NCBI RefSeq assembly: GCF_036971445.1
Contig: NC_091472.1
Span: forward strand, 90,520,001-90,584,000
Reading direction: 5' to 3'
Length of the DNA: 64,000 nt
DNA from: Narcine bancroftii
Lineage: Eukaryota
Below the pieces are notes generated by a model. That model made no database searches. It had not been told where the DNA came from and worked only from the letters and a program-made list of their open reading frames with translations. Shown here piece by piece: positions 13,956-27,700 of this stretch (its first letter is position 1; the number at the start of each line of letters is the position of its first letter). The translations under genes and the position numbers were made by a program.

Positions 13956-15465
13956 CCCCAGGGTGCTGTGGGAAGTGAGGGAAGTGATAGCTGGGGCAGT
14001 CGCTTTGATCTTTGAATCCTCTTTGGCTGCAGGGGAGGTGTCGAAGGATTGGAGAATGGCAAATGTAGTCCCTTTGTTTAAAAAAGCTAGTAGGAGGAAT
14101 CCTTGGAATTATAGACTGATGAGTCTTATGTCAGTGGGGTGCAAACTAATGGAGAGGATTCTTAAAGATAGGATCTATGAGCATTTGGAGAAGTACAGTT
14201 TACTCACGAATAGTCAGCATGGCTTCATGAAGGGAAGGTCGTGCCTCACAAGTCTAATATAGTTTTTTGAGGAGCTAACAAAAGAAATTGATGAGGGTAG
14301 GGGGTTAGTTGTGGTCTACATGGATTTTAGCAAGGTATTTGACAAGGTTCCCCACGAGAGACTTATCCAGAAAGTCATGAATCACAGGATCAATGGAACC
14401 TTGGCAGTATGGATAAAAAATTGGCTTGCAGGAAGAAAACAGAGTGTTGTAGTGGAATGAAAGTATTCTGCCTGGAGGTCAGTGACTAGTGGAGCACTGC
14501 AGAGATCTGTTCTGGGACCCCTGCTCCTTGCGATTTTTATAAATGACCTGGATGAAGAGGCAGAAGGATGGGTCAGTAAGTTTGTGGATGATACAAAGGT
14601 TGGAGGAGTTGTGGTTGGAGTTGAAGGTTGTAGAAGGTTACAAGAGGATATAGACAGGATGCAGAGTTGGGCAGAAAAGGGGCAGATGGATTTCAATCTG
14701 GATAAGTGTGAGGTGATGCATTTGGAAGAACTAACCAGAAGGCTGAGTACAGGGTTAATGGTCAGCTACTTAAGAGTGTGGATGAACAGGGGGACCTTGA
14801 GGTACAAATCCATGCATCCCTCAAGGTTGCTGCATGTGTTGATAGGATAATTAAGAAGGCCTGTGGGATGCTGGGCTTCATTAATAGAGGGATTGAATTC
14901 AGCTGTAGAGAGGTCATGTTACAACTCCTCAAATCTTTGGTAAGATCACACCTGGAGTATTGTGTTCAGTTTTGGTCACCTCATTATAGGAAGGATATGG
15001 AAGCTATGGAAAGGGTGCAGAGGAGATTTACCAAGATGTTGCTTCAATTGGGAAACAAGTCTTATGATGCAAGGTTAGCAGAGCTGGGACTTTTCACTTT
15101 GGAGCATAGAAGGATGTGAGGAGACTTGATAGAGGTCTACAAGATAATGAGAGGCATAGATAAGGTTAGCACCTGTTTCCTAGGCTAAGATCAGCAAGCA
15201 CCAAAGGACATATGTACAAAGTGAAGGGAGGAAAGGTTAGGGAAGACATCAGGGGTAGGTTTTTAAATACAGACAGTTGTGGTACCCGGAATGTCTTGCC
15301 AGGGGTGGTGGTGGAAGCTGAAACATTGGGGCATTTAAGAGACTCTTAGACAGACACATGAATGAAAAAAATAGAGGGTTATGGAGTAAGGAGGGTTTAT
15401 TACTTTTTTATGAAGGAATATATGGATCAACACAATATTGAGGGCCAAAGGGCCTGTACTGTGTG
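13956..15465 (+). mobile_element. CR1 LINE, 5'-truncated, RT through 3' end
   Basis: DWRMANVVPLFKK, QHGFMKGRSCLTSL, SVLGPLL..IFINDLD, SKFVDDTK, HLEYCVQFWSPHYRKD; 3' tail GGGCCAAAGGGCCTGTACTGTG. Confidence 0.9.
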
Positions 15466-15539
15466 TAAAGGTTGAAACCTTGTGTTTTTTTTTTAATTTT
15501 TAGTTAATTTTGTGCTTATCTCTTTAAGAGAAAACTTGA

Positions 15540-16470
15540 GGATCTGAATTTGGATAGGTCCTGATGGAATGCATTCCAGGGTATGGAAAGAAACAGCAGA
15601 TGCTATAGTAGAGGCTTTGGTGATAATTTACCAAAATTCTCTAGACTCTGGGCAAGTCCTGGCAGATTTGAAGATGGTGAATGTCACACCACTATTCAGA
15701 AAAAGACAGGGAACTATAGGCCAGTTAGTTTAACATTTCTAGTTGGGAAATGCTTGAAACTATCATTAAAGAAGAATTATCTGAAGCCAAGTGGATCCAT
15801 CGGGCAGACGCAAAATATGAAAATGGACAGTAAAAGTTTTTACAATTAACAGCAAAAAACTTACTACAGTTCTTTGAGGATATAACGAGTGTGGTAGATA
15901 GAGGGGAGTAGATAGTTGTTGTTTACCTGGATTTCTAGGTGTTTAATAAGTTTCCCCATAAAAGACAAGGATGCACAGAGCTGGGGGTGCTGTATTAGCA
16001 TAGGCAGAGGATTGGTTAAGCAATAGAAAGCAGAAAGTTGTGATACAGGGGGTGTTTTTCTTGTTGGCAATTGGTGGTGAATGATGTGCTGTTGGGGTCA
16101 GGGCTGGGCCCAAAACTGTTCATGATATACATTAAAGATCTGAAAGAGGGGACAGAGGGTAGTGCATCTAAGTTTGCTGATTTCACTAAATTGAGTAGAA
16201 AAGCAAATTGTGCAGAGGATATGGAGAGTCTGCAGAGAGATATAGCTAGGATAAGTGAGTGGGCAAGGGTCTAGCAGATGGAGTATAATGTTGGTAAATG
16301 TGAGATTATCTACTTTGGCAAGAAAAATGGAAGATCAGGTTATTATTTTAATGGCAAGTGATTGTAGCATGTTGCCATGCAGAAGGATTTGGGAGTGCTT
16401 GTGCATGAATCGCAAAAGGTTGGTTTACAGGTGCAGCAGGTTATCAAGAAGATAAATGGAATTTTGGCCT
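15540..16470 (+). mobile_element. Second CR1 LINE fragment
   Basis: GPDGMHSRV, NYRPVSLT, GSGLGPKLFMIYIKDL, SKFADFTKL. A compatible CR1-type tail appears at ~29395-29450, after the intervening L1 cluster. Confidence 0.8.
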
Positions 16471-17533
16471 TTTTGTTGAATTTTATAAATCTTTTCTAAA
16501 ACGCTAGTATCATATCTAAGTTCTGTGTTGGATGATTCATTTAGGGATGGGAAACTTCCCTCCTTTTTTAATGAAGCAAGTATATCCCTTATTTTGAAGA
16601 GAGGAAAGGAACCAACTGAATGTGCTTTTTATAGACCTATTTCATTACTTAATCTAAATATGAAGATTTTATCTAAAATTCTTGCCCATAAAAAAGAGAA
16701 TATGTAATCATTAATTATCAATACTAACCAGACAGGTTTTATCAAAAACCATTACTCATATTATAACATAGATCTGTTATTGAATATAATATATTTTCCT
16801 TCCAACCCAATGAATGAATATGTTTTATCGCTGGGTGCCGAAAAAGCATTTCACTGGGTTGAATGGGAATATATGTTTGCAGTTTAAAAAAAATTAACTT
16901 CAGTCCAATTTTTATAAAGTGGATTAAACTAATCTGCTTCAATGTGCTCAAATGCACATCAATCAATATTTTTTAGGCTTTATTGGGGAACTTGGCAAGG
17001 TTGCTCATTAAGCCTTCTGCTTTTCGATCTTAGTTTGGAACCTCTAGCAGCAGCTTTGTGAGATAGTAGAGAATTTAGTGGTTATTTTAAAAAAGGGAAT
17101 TGAAAATAAAGTTTCCTTATTGTTTTTTTTCCAACCCTGAGACTTCACTACCAACCATATTATCCATGTTCGGTCAATTTAGCCAGTTCTCAGGGTACAA
17201 AATAAATTTTCATGAGAGTGAATTGCTACTCATTAAAGCATCTTTAGCAGTAATGCCAATTTCCCTTTCAGAATAGTTAAAGACCAGTTGAAATAGTTGG
17301 GAATTACAATTACAAAGAGTTGTAAGAATTTATTAAAAGAAAATTTATTAGGTTTAATTAAACATACTAAAGAATCGCTGTCAGGATGGACATCTTAATG
17401 CAATTAGAATAAATATTTTGCCTAAATTTTTGTATATGTTCCAATCTTTACCAATTTTTATTTCTAAAACTTATTTTGATTCATTAGATTTGATAAATAT
17501 GAAATATGATAAATATAAATATGAAGAAGTAAT

Positions 17534-17572
<39 letters not shown>

Positions 17573-18267
17573 AGGTAAACAGCCTTGTATAAATAAAACT
17601 TATCTTCAAAGATCCAAAAGGAATGGAGGTCTGTCTCTACCAAACTTTAGATATTATTATTAGGCAGTTAATATACAAAATTTATTATTGTTATTATATT
17701 TTGATAGTGTAGTTGATCATCTTGTTTGGGTAGAAATGGAATTGAATTTTTCTAATAATCTAGCTTTGTTGGCAGTTTTGAGATCTTCCTTACCCTTTTC
17801 ATTTTGGCAACTAACAGACAATCTGATTATGAGACATAGATTAAGGATATGGGCACAATTTAGAAGATTTTTTTGGTCTTTTTAATATTTCCATATCCAA
17901 TCCTATTATTAAGTATCATCTTTTTCAACCTTCTATGTTGGATGCAGGTTTTGGGGAATGGGTCAGATTAGGTATTAAAAGTTCTAGAGATTTGTATATT
18001 TGAGGTACGTTTGCTTTATTTGAATAATTATGAGTTAAATTTAATCTTTCTAATAGGTATTTTTTTAGATACTTAAAAATCAGACATTTTGCTCGTTTCA
18101 AACCCTAATTTTTCCCAAGTTCCCAAAATCACAGGGGAAGTCACGTGATGGAGTAGTGACCGGTAAGAAAATACTAGTCCTCTCCAGAAAAGTTTAAAAA
18201 AAGTAAAGAAAAAGCAAAGCCACAAACACAGAAACCATAACAAATTAAAAATAAAAGTGTGGAGAAA

Positions 18268-19732
18268 ATGGCAGCAAAGAAAGAAAAACCATAAACAACG
18301 GGAAGAAAAGAAGAAGAGAAAGGTGAAAGCCTTACCTGTACGAGGAGGCTCTCCGTGGAGAGAGAAGCCTGCTCCCTGAGGTCAGTGGAAACACCGAACT
18401 CAGGACTATAAAGATGGCTCACAGAGCCAAACAAAAGTGTCCAATTCGTGCATGCGCGATGCACAAGACAAAAACAACACCGACGGGAGGGGGACCAGCT
18501 GAGAAGTAAATCTCCACAGCTGAAACAGACAAGTATAACACAACAGCAAGACTCTCAACAGGAAAACATAGAAAATAACAGGAACAAGAAGGAAGAGAAT
18601 AAAAAAAGGAAATCAGAGAAACAACAGATGACCAACCCAGAGGAAGAAGATCAACACCAAGACACCTTTAATAAAAATAATAAAAACAAAAATACCCAAC
18701 AAATAAAATAAACAACCCAGCAAGAAAATCAGAAGTGACAGAAATAAAGGACACAGATCCTGGAGTGGACCCAGAAGAAGAGGAGGGAGAACATCAAACT
18801 CTACACAGAGAAATGGAAGATGAAGGAAAGGGACAGTACATGGATAAATTTTTTTTTAAAGAATATATGGAAACATTAAAAGAATGGCTGACACAAGAAT
18901 TCAGTGAAATAAAAAGAAGAATAAAAGGTACAGAAGAAAAAGTGAATAGATTAGAGATGCTCATGACAGAAATAGGAAAAAGAGTAGACAAGGTGGAAGA
19001 ATGAGAAACAGCTGTAGAAATGGAGGTAGATGACTTAAAAAAGAAATTAGAAGAATCTGATAAAAAAGTTAAAGAAACATAAGAGCAGTTAGCTCAGAAG
19101 ATAGATATAATGGAAAACTATAATAGGAGAAACAATATAAAGATAGTGGGCCTTAAGGAAGATGAAGAAGGCAAAAATATGAAATAATTTATAAAAGACT
19201 GGATCCCAAGGGTCCTAGGAATGCCAGAATTACAGGAAGGAATGGAAATAGAAAGGGCACACAGAACATTCTCATTCTTAGAATAACCATGGAAGGCAAA
19301 ATATTTTTCTTTGAATTCATCTTAATTCGTTCAAATCATCTTGATAATTATTTTAATTCATTGATTTGTTTGAAGTGGAATATCGTTATTATTTTACAGC
19401 GTGCTTTATTAATTCCTAAGATATATGACAAGAGAAAATATATTGGAGAAGGCAATGAAAAAAAAATAAGAGAAGACAAAAAACCACTGGAATACAAAAG
19501 TCAAAATTTTTTTTTCTACCCAGACATAATTTTTGAACTCCTGAAGAAGAGGAAGGAGTTTAACACAGCAAAATCGACCATATGGAAAAAAGGTTATAAA
19601 TTTATTTTAAAATATCCAGCGGTGCTTAAAATAGTTATCCTGGGGCAGCAAAGCAAACTATTCTCGGATCCGGAAAAAGCACAAAAATTTGCAGAACACC
19701 TACAAAACAGACAGAGAGATGAAGAGATGTAA
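18268..19732 (+). pseudogene. L1 ORF1 (coiled coil, RRM, CTD), disrupted
   Basis: ATG at 18268 (MAAKKEKP); ENYNRRNNIKIVGLKE, EIERAHR, FYPDI.FELLKKRKEF motifs. Contains several in-frame stops and a foreign segment at ~19271-19410. Confidence 0.88.
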
Positions 19733-20163
19733 CAAGAACAAAAATGACAACAAACTATATATAAAGAAGAATAAAGTATAAGTAAGAACTAAGAAGAGTA
19801 AGAAAGGGAAGAAAGGAAGTAAGGAGGGAATTAAGAGAGTGAGCTTTGTTATATATGAAGATTAAAATTTTTTCTGGTGGGGGCTGGGTGGGGAAGAATA
19901 ACAGTCACTGCGAAATCAGTTGATGCCTGCGAGCGGGTTCGCAAATCCAAATGGAGAGGGGAGATGTGGTTGCCCAACAAGGAACAAAGGACAACTCAGA
20001 GAGGGGAGGGACTATTGGGGTTAAAGGAATTTTAGATATGGGAATAGTGGAAATATTTTATGTTTTAGAAATGTTGTCTTACAATGTGTTTAAAAAAAAC
20101 CAGATGGATAAGAAGGGAAGGTGGTGATGAGGAAACGGAAAGGAAAGAGAAACAAAGAATGAA

Positions 20164-23100
20164 ATGGCCATGTTGAACTATATGACTTTAAATATTAACG
20201 GAATACATAACCAAATCAAAAGGAATAAGCTGTTAAATTTACTGAAGAAAGAAAAAATTGATATAGCATTCGTGCTAGAAACACATCTAACTGAAGTGGA
20301 ACACAAGAAATTAAAGAGAGATTGGATAGGACATGTAACAGCAGCATCATATAATTCAAAAGCCAGAGGAGTAGCTATATTAATCAGTAAAAATGTACCA
20401 ATCAAAATAGAAGAGGAATTCATAGATCCAGCAGGGAGGTATGTAATGATAAAATGTCAGATATATTCATAATTTTGGAATTTACTCAATGTATACTCAC
20501 CTAATGAAGAAGATCAAAAATTTATGCAAGATATCTTTTTGAACATCGCAGATACGCAAGGGAATATACTAATAGGAGGGGATTTTAACCTTAATTTGGA
20601 CTCAAACATGGATAAAACTGGAAAAAAGACCAACAGAAAGAACAAAGTAACCAAATTTATAATTAAATCGATGCAGAAAATGCAACTTTTGGATATATGG
20701 AGGAAACGACACCCAAAGGAAAATGAATATTCATATTATTCGGGTAGACATAAAACATACTCAAGGATAGACCTATTCCTGTTATCAGCCCACATTCAAG
20801 GAAGAGTTAGTAAAACGGAATATAAAGCTAGATTATTATCAGATCACTCACCCCTGTTATTGGCAATAGATCTGGAGGACATCCCACCAAGAATGTATAG
20901 ATGGAGATTAAACTCCATGCTACTTAAAAGACAGGATTTTAGAGAATTAATTGAGCGACAAATTAAAATGTACTTTGAAATAAATACAGAATCAGTGAAA
21001 AATAAATTTATACTATGGGACGCAATGAAAGCATTCATCAGAGGACAGATAATAAGTTATGTAACTAAGATGAAGAAGGACTACAATCGAGAAATAGAAC
21101 AATTGGAAAGGGAAATAACAAATACAGAAAAATAATTAGCAATAAAGGAAGATACAACTAAAAGAAGAGAATTGACAGACAAGAAAATAAAATATGAAAC
21201 ACTACAAACATATTAGGAGGAGAAGAACATAATGAAGACAAAACAGAAGTATTATGAGCTATGAGAAAAAGTGCACAAAATGCTAGCTTGGCAGCTAAAG
21301 ACAGAACAAACCAAAAGAATTGTATTGGCATCAAGGAAAAAGGACAAACAAATTACATATAACCCAACGGAGATCAACGAAAGTTTCAGGGAATTCTACG
21401 AACAACTATATCAAACTGAAAACGAAGGGAAAGAAGACAAAATAGATGAATTTCTAACTAAAATTGAACTACCAAAATTGCAAACAGAGGAGCAAAATAA
21501 ATTAATAAAACCATTTGAAATAGAAGAAATACAGGAGATATTTAAAAAACTACTGAACAATAAAACACCGGGAGAGGATGGACTCCCAATAGAATTCTAT
21601 AAAACATTTAAAGACTTATTAATTCCCCCTCTCTTGGAAGTAATGAACCAGATTGAAGAAACACAAAACATGCCATATTCATCCAAAACAGCAATAATTA
21701 CAGTAATACCAAAGATGGGGAAAGGTCCACTAACACCAGCAACATATAGACCAATATCTCTACTTAACACAGATTATAAGATAATAGCTAAACTATTAGC
21801 AAACAGATTGGCCGACTGTGTACCAAAAATAGTAAAACTAGTCCAAACTGGATTTATTAATAAAAGACAAACAATGGACAATATCTGTAAATTCATTAAC
21901 TTAATCCATGCAGTACAAGGAAACAAAACTCCAACAGTAGCGGTTGCTTTAGACGCAAAGAAAGCCTTTGACAGAGTAGAATGGAATTATTTATTCAAAG
22001 TACTACAAAAATTCAACCTACTAAAGAAATATATTAATTGGATTAAAGCATTATATAAGGGACCATTGGCGAAAGTGACAGTAAATGGATATATATCAAA
22101 GCAATTTAAATTAAGCAGATCAACAAGGCAGGGATGTCCACTATCTCCCTCACTGTTCGCGTTAGCTATAGAACCACTAGCAGAACTGGTAAGAACAGAA
22201 AATAAAATAAGAGGGATAAAAATAAAAGAGAAGGAATATAAAATCAATCTATTTGCAGATGACATTATAATATACTTAACAGAACCAGAAATATCAATAA
22301 AAGAATTACATAAGAAATTGAAGGAATATGGAGAAGTGTCGGGGTACAAGATTAACGCAAATAAATGTGAAGCAATGCCAATGAATAATGCGGATTTCAC
22401 AAAGTTTAAGAAAGAATCACCATTCAGATGGCAAACACAAGCAATTCGATACCTAGGTATACAACTAAATAATCTCTGCCATCTATATAAACAAAATTAT
22501 CAGCCATTAATGAAAAAATTACAAGACAACTTAGAGCACTGGAAAGACTTACCACTAACACTGATAGGAAGGATAAACTGTATTAAAATGAACATCTTCC
22601 CAAGGATACAATACCTATTTCAATCATTACCAATTCACCTAACAGAGAAATTCTTCAAGGAGCTAAAGAAAATAATAAGGAAATTCTTATGGAAAGGGGG
22701 GGAAACCGAGGATAGCACTAGATAAATTAACAGAATGGTACAAACAAGGAGGCTTACAACTACAAAACTTGAAGAATTATTATAGAGCAGCCCAATTAAG
22801 ATACCTATCAGATTTTTATCAAACAAGTGAAAAACCAGATTGGACCAGATTAGAGCTAGGTAAAATAGGGGAGAAGATACCTGAACATATACTATGTAAG
22901 TGGGATGAAAAATTGGTGCAACATAGGAATTCACCAGTATTGCACCATCTGCTCAACATTTGGAAGAAGATTCACGTAGAAAGGAATAAAATAAATGATC
23001 AACTACCAAAATTAATACTGACACAAAATCAACTAATTCCTTTCACAATAAATAACCTTTCCTTCAGAGAATGGGAGAGAAAAGGGATCACAAGAATAGA

Positions 23101-23958
23101 AAATTGTTTTTCGGGAAATAAATTATTATCTTTGAACAAAAGAAGGACAAATATAATATAACTCACGATACAATGTTTGCATACCACCAACTGAAAACCT
23201 ACTTGAAGGACAAATTGGGAAACAGTCTGAGGTTACCAGAAGGAAGCAATTTTGAATATGTGATTACAGACACAATGATAATTAAAAAATTTATAACAAA
23301 CATGTACATCAAACTGTAAGAAAAGGAGAACGAGGAAACAAATGGTAAACCTAAACAAAAATGGGGACAAGATCTAAACATAAAGATAAAGAATGAAATA
23401 TGGGAAAAGCTATGCTCCGGAACTATGAGAAATGCAATAAACACGAGGTTATGCATGATACAATATAATTAGTTACACAGGCTATACATCACACCCCAAA
23501 AGTTAAATAAATGGGACCCAACAGTATCAGACAGATGTTTTCGCTGTACGAAGGAAACAGGAACAACAATACATGCAATTTGGGCATGTGAGAAAGTGAA
23601 AAAATTTTGGGAAGATCTAAACCAGATATTAAATAAAATCACAAAAAACGACATACCAAAAAATCCAGAGATCTTTCTTCTAAGTAATATAAGAAATAAA
23701 GAATTTGGACTCGATTTGGATAGAGCACAAAAAAGATTTATTATGATAGCCCTAGCTGTAGCAAAAAAATGTATTATGTCAACCTGGAAATCAGAAGACA
23801 ACTTGAGAATACAATAATGGTACATAGAAATAAATAAATGTATTCCATGAGAAAAAATAACATATAATTTAAGAAATAACATCACAATATTCGAACAAAT
23901 ATGGGAACCATACATGAAACACAATAGAGAAATCCTACCACGGATCTCCACCACCTAA
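20164..23958 (+). pseudogene. L1 ORF2 (APE endonuclease + RT + C-terminal Cys region), disrupted
   Basis: MTLNINGI, LETHL, IGGDFN, YSRIDLF, SDHSP (endonuclease); PGEDG, YRPISLLN, LDAKKAFDRV, TRQGCPLSP, LFADD (RT); CFRC..E.GT..HAIWAC. Broken by stops (e.g. 20470, 21133) and frameshifts. Confidence 0.93.
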
Positions 23959-24789
23959 AATGACAGAAGGAGAAGACAACGAAATGAACTGACTCAGTAT
24001 GTAAAAGTAAAAGGCAAAAATTTCTTGTTTATTTTTATTAAGTGACGACATTGTTTAACAGGTTTAATGTATCTTCTAGATTGAACTTTGAATAAATGGG
24101 AAGGGGGTGAGAGAGGGAGGGAAGGGAGGGGGAAAAGGGGAGAAAATGACACTATATATTCAAGAAAAAAATGTCTGTATGTATTTTGGTCAGTATGGTT
24201 TTCATATGAAAAATAAAAAAATAAAAAAGTTCCCAAAATCACTATTCTTGATTTGCTTTTTGATATAAAGTTTCATCATAGTGGAATGATAGCAACCATT
24301 TATGATAAGATGATGGATTTAAAAATGGGCTTAGGGAATGTAATTAGGAGTGAATGGGAAAGAGATTTGAACATATCGATTTCAGGTGAAGATTGGGATA
24401 CTACACTTGTCCTGACTAACAATACCTCTTTTTGTGCACGACCTTGCCTATTGCAATTTAAAGTGATATATAGAATACATCTGTCTCAGTTAAATTATCC
24501 TGTTTTTATTCTGACATTGATCCACTATGCAATGATGCAGAATATATGAGGCAGCCCTTGTTCATACATTCTGGGAGTCTCCAAAACTGAAAGATTTTTG
24601 GGAACGATTTTTCAAGACGGTATCAGAGATTCTCAGGGTCAAATTGGATCCTTGACCTTGTATTGCTTTGTTTAGTTATTCTCAACAGGAAAATACTTCC
24701 TTGAATCTAACTCAAAGAAGAGTTGTAGCCTTTACTTTGTTGATAGCCTGAGGAGCAATTTTGATTAAATGGAAATATAGATACAGCAA

Positions 24790-27700
24790 GAGGATATAAA
24801 AAAGGGCAATATCTTCCCTTCATTCAGGTAAGTCACTAGGACCGGATGGGTATACAGTGGAGTTTTTTAAAGCCTTCAATTATACTCTAGACTTTCATTT
24901 ATGTAAAGTCTTCACTGACTCTATATCCTCTGGGATTTTGCCTAAAACATTTTATGAGGTATTTATTTTATTAATTCCTAAAAAAGATAAAGACCTGACT
25001 GATTGTGCCTCCTACAGGCTGATATTTTTATTAAATGTAAACTCTAAAATCCTTTCTAAAATTTTAGCCAACAGACTAGAGAATATTCTATCTAAAGTTA
25101 TATCTAAAGATAAAACTGAGTTCATTAAGAATAGGTATTCTCATTTTAATATTTGAAGATTATTTAATATTATTTATTCTTCTCTATCGGAAAAACCTGA
25201 ATGTGTTGTATCTCTTGATGCTGAAATAGCATTCAATAGAGTGGAATGGCCCTACTTATTTGAGATTAAAGTGATTTAATTTTTGTCTGGGATTTATTTC
25301 TTGAATTAAAATGACTTATCAAGCTCAAATGGCTGTGTTTATTACTAATAATCAATAGTAGCGGCTGCTACACACAGAAAACACTACTGGACTCGGTGGG
25401 GTTTCCAGTAGAACTGTTTATTTGAATTTTGCGCATGCCACTTTAAGGTCAACGGGAGATCTGCCCTGTGCAGCAGTGACATCATCATGTGGCCCGGAAC
25501 ACGAGCAGTGGCCTTAGCCACGAGGCAGTGAGTAAGCCCTGACGGCGCCATCTTCTGCAGCTGCCCCGCCAGCACGGCGGTACAAATGGGGCCAGTTCGC
25601 TTACAGAAATATGCACCACCACTCAAACCCCCCAGAACTGGCTTGCACATCCCGCTACTTGGGCGGTCAGCCTCTCCATTTGGGCTGTGCTGTTTGCACG
25701 GGCTGGCTCAAGTCCACATATGCTAGCTTCATCTGGTCGACAGTGTAAAGTTCCTCCCTGCCCCCAATTTCCAGAGTAAATGCTTTGCCTGATCACTGGA
25801 GCACCTTGTATGGGCCCTCATAGGTGTGGGCCTCGCCAGACTAAAACGGACTCCGCTGAGTCCAGCTCTTTGTGGATGTTCGCCGGGTGCTTGCTGTGGT
25901 GGGTTGGCAGTGGGGGTGTTAGCGGGGCAAGCTTGTTGCAGAGGTCTGAGAGAAGCGTCAGGGTCTCACCTTCCGGCCTGGCGTCTGCTCCAAGAAACTC
26001 CCCTGTCAGCGACAGCGGTGTACCGTAGACAAGCTCTGCAGACGAGACTTCGGAGCTGTTTGTATGCCAAACAGGACCCATGGCAGCTATGAGTCCATTT
26101 GCTTGGGAATGATAGGCTGTTGTGTGGGGGAGTTGAATCCCCAAGCACCTTGCCAGCTGCGCCCAAAGGGCAGAGGTGAACTGGGTGCCCCTGTCGCTAG
26201 TAATGTGGGCTGGGATGCTGAAATGTGCGATCCAGTTCATGAACAGGGCTCTGGCGCAGGACTCGGTGGAAATGTCCCTGAGGGGGATGGCTTCCGGCCA
26301 CCTCGTCATCCGGTTGACCACGATCAGGAGGTAGCGGGTGTCCCTGGACAATGGTAGGGGGCCCACTATGTCGACGTTGATATAGTCGAACCTCCTAGCC
26401 AGCGGGTTGAAGTGCTGTATCAGGGCTCTGATGTGACGCTGAACTTTGGGTGTTTGGCAATGTGTGCAGTTCCACACCATCTGGGCCACTTGTTTCCTCA
26501 ATCCGTGCCAGATGAAGCGTTCTGCCACCTTGTGGACCTTTGTCTTGACTGGGGGTGAGCCAGGTCGTGGATCGCCCGGAATGCCTCCTGCTTCCACTGT
26601 GGGGGGACTAACGGTTGCAGCGAGCCTGTGGAGACGTCGCACAGGACCATGTTGTGGCTGCCTAGCAGCTTCAGGTCCTCTAGGCACAGGCCTGTGATGG
26701 CGGTTCAGAAGGCCTGTGTCTTCTCGTCGTCCCTCTGGGCCTGGTTGTTTCCCTGGTATGAGCAGGGTTGGCGGCATTTGTGAGCTTGTGCTCCCCAGCG
26801 CTGGTGATAGAAACACCAGGTCACCTGGTGCTCCTCGATCTTCTGTCTAGGGGAAGGTTGCAGTCGGCTGGGTGCAGGGTGGGAAACCTGGTTCATAGTG
26901 GTCTCGTTCTCCTTCTTCATTCAACAGAGCACGTCGGCATGGGCTGCGACCTTCCTGGGGTCTGAGAAGTCCTTGTCCACTATCAGGAGATGGATGTCCT
27001 CCAGCATTTGTTCGAGGAAGGCTTGGTCAAACATCAGGCAGGGCTTGTAACCCTCTGCCAGTGCAAGCATCTCATCCATCAACGCGGACTGGACTCTGTC
27101 CCCCAGGCCATCGAGGTCCATCAGCCTGGCCATGTGCTGCTGACAGGAGAGCCCAAAGGTGCTGAGGAGAAAGGATTTGAGGGTGATGTACTTGCCCTCC
27201 TCGGGAGGATCGTGGATCAGGTCATCCACTCTGGCCACTGTTTCCTCATCAAGGACACTCACCATGTGGTAGAACATGGTGGAATCCGAGGTGATCTGCC
27301 GGAGTCGAAACTGTGCCTTCGCCTTCCCGAACCATTTGCAGGGCTGGTGGGTCCAGAAGGGAGGGAGCTTCACAGAGATGGAGCTGATTGCCGAAGAGTC
27401 CCTGTTTGGAGACCAGATATCATCTGGGCTCGTTGGGATCACCAATGTAGTAGCTGCTACACACAGAAAACACCACTAGACGTGGTGGAGTTTCCAGTAG
27501 AACTGTTTATTTGAATTTTGCGCGCGCCCCTTTAAAGCCAACAGGAGTTCCGCCCCGTACAATGGTGACGTCATCATGTGGGCCGGAGTGCGAGCAGAGG
27601 CGTAAGCCCTGACAGCACCATCTTCTGCAGCTGCCCCGCTAGCGCGGCAGTACAAACAGGGCTGGTTCGCTCACAGAGATGTGCGCCACCACAGTCTCTT

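Larger units (their letters stand above)
18133..24226 (+). mobile_element. Full-length L1 LINE (~6.1 kb), inactivated
   Basis: 16-bp TSD AAGTTCCCAAAATCAC at 18117-18132 and 24227-24242; 5' end AGGGGAAGTCACGTGATGGAGTAG; ORF1, inter-ORF spacer, ORF2, G-rich 3' UTR, AATAAA and A-rich tail. Confidence 0.95.
16470..24790 (+). mobile_element. Old decayed L1 ORF2 fragment (16470-18132 and 24227-24790), split by the younger L1 at 18133-24226
   Basis: FNEASISLILK.GK.PTEC..YRPISLLN, LPKFLYMFQSLP, GGLSLPNFRYYY. The sequence continues after the duplicated target site (WERDL, LLQFKVIYR). Confidence 0.8.

Noticed and set aside
21271-22725. 484-aa RT ORF, considered as an active or domesticated gene
   Set aside because: It is the longest surviving piece of an ORF2 broken by stops and frameshifts on both sides; nothing indicates selective preservation.
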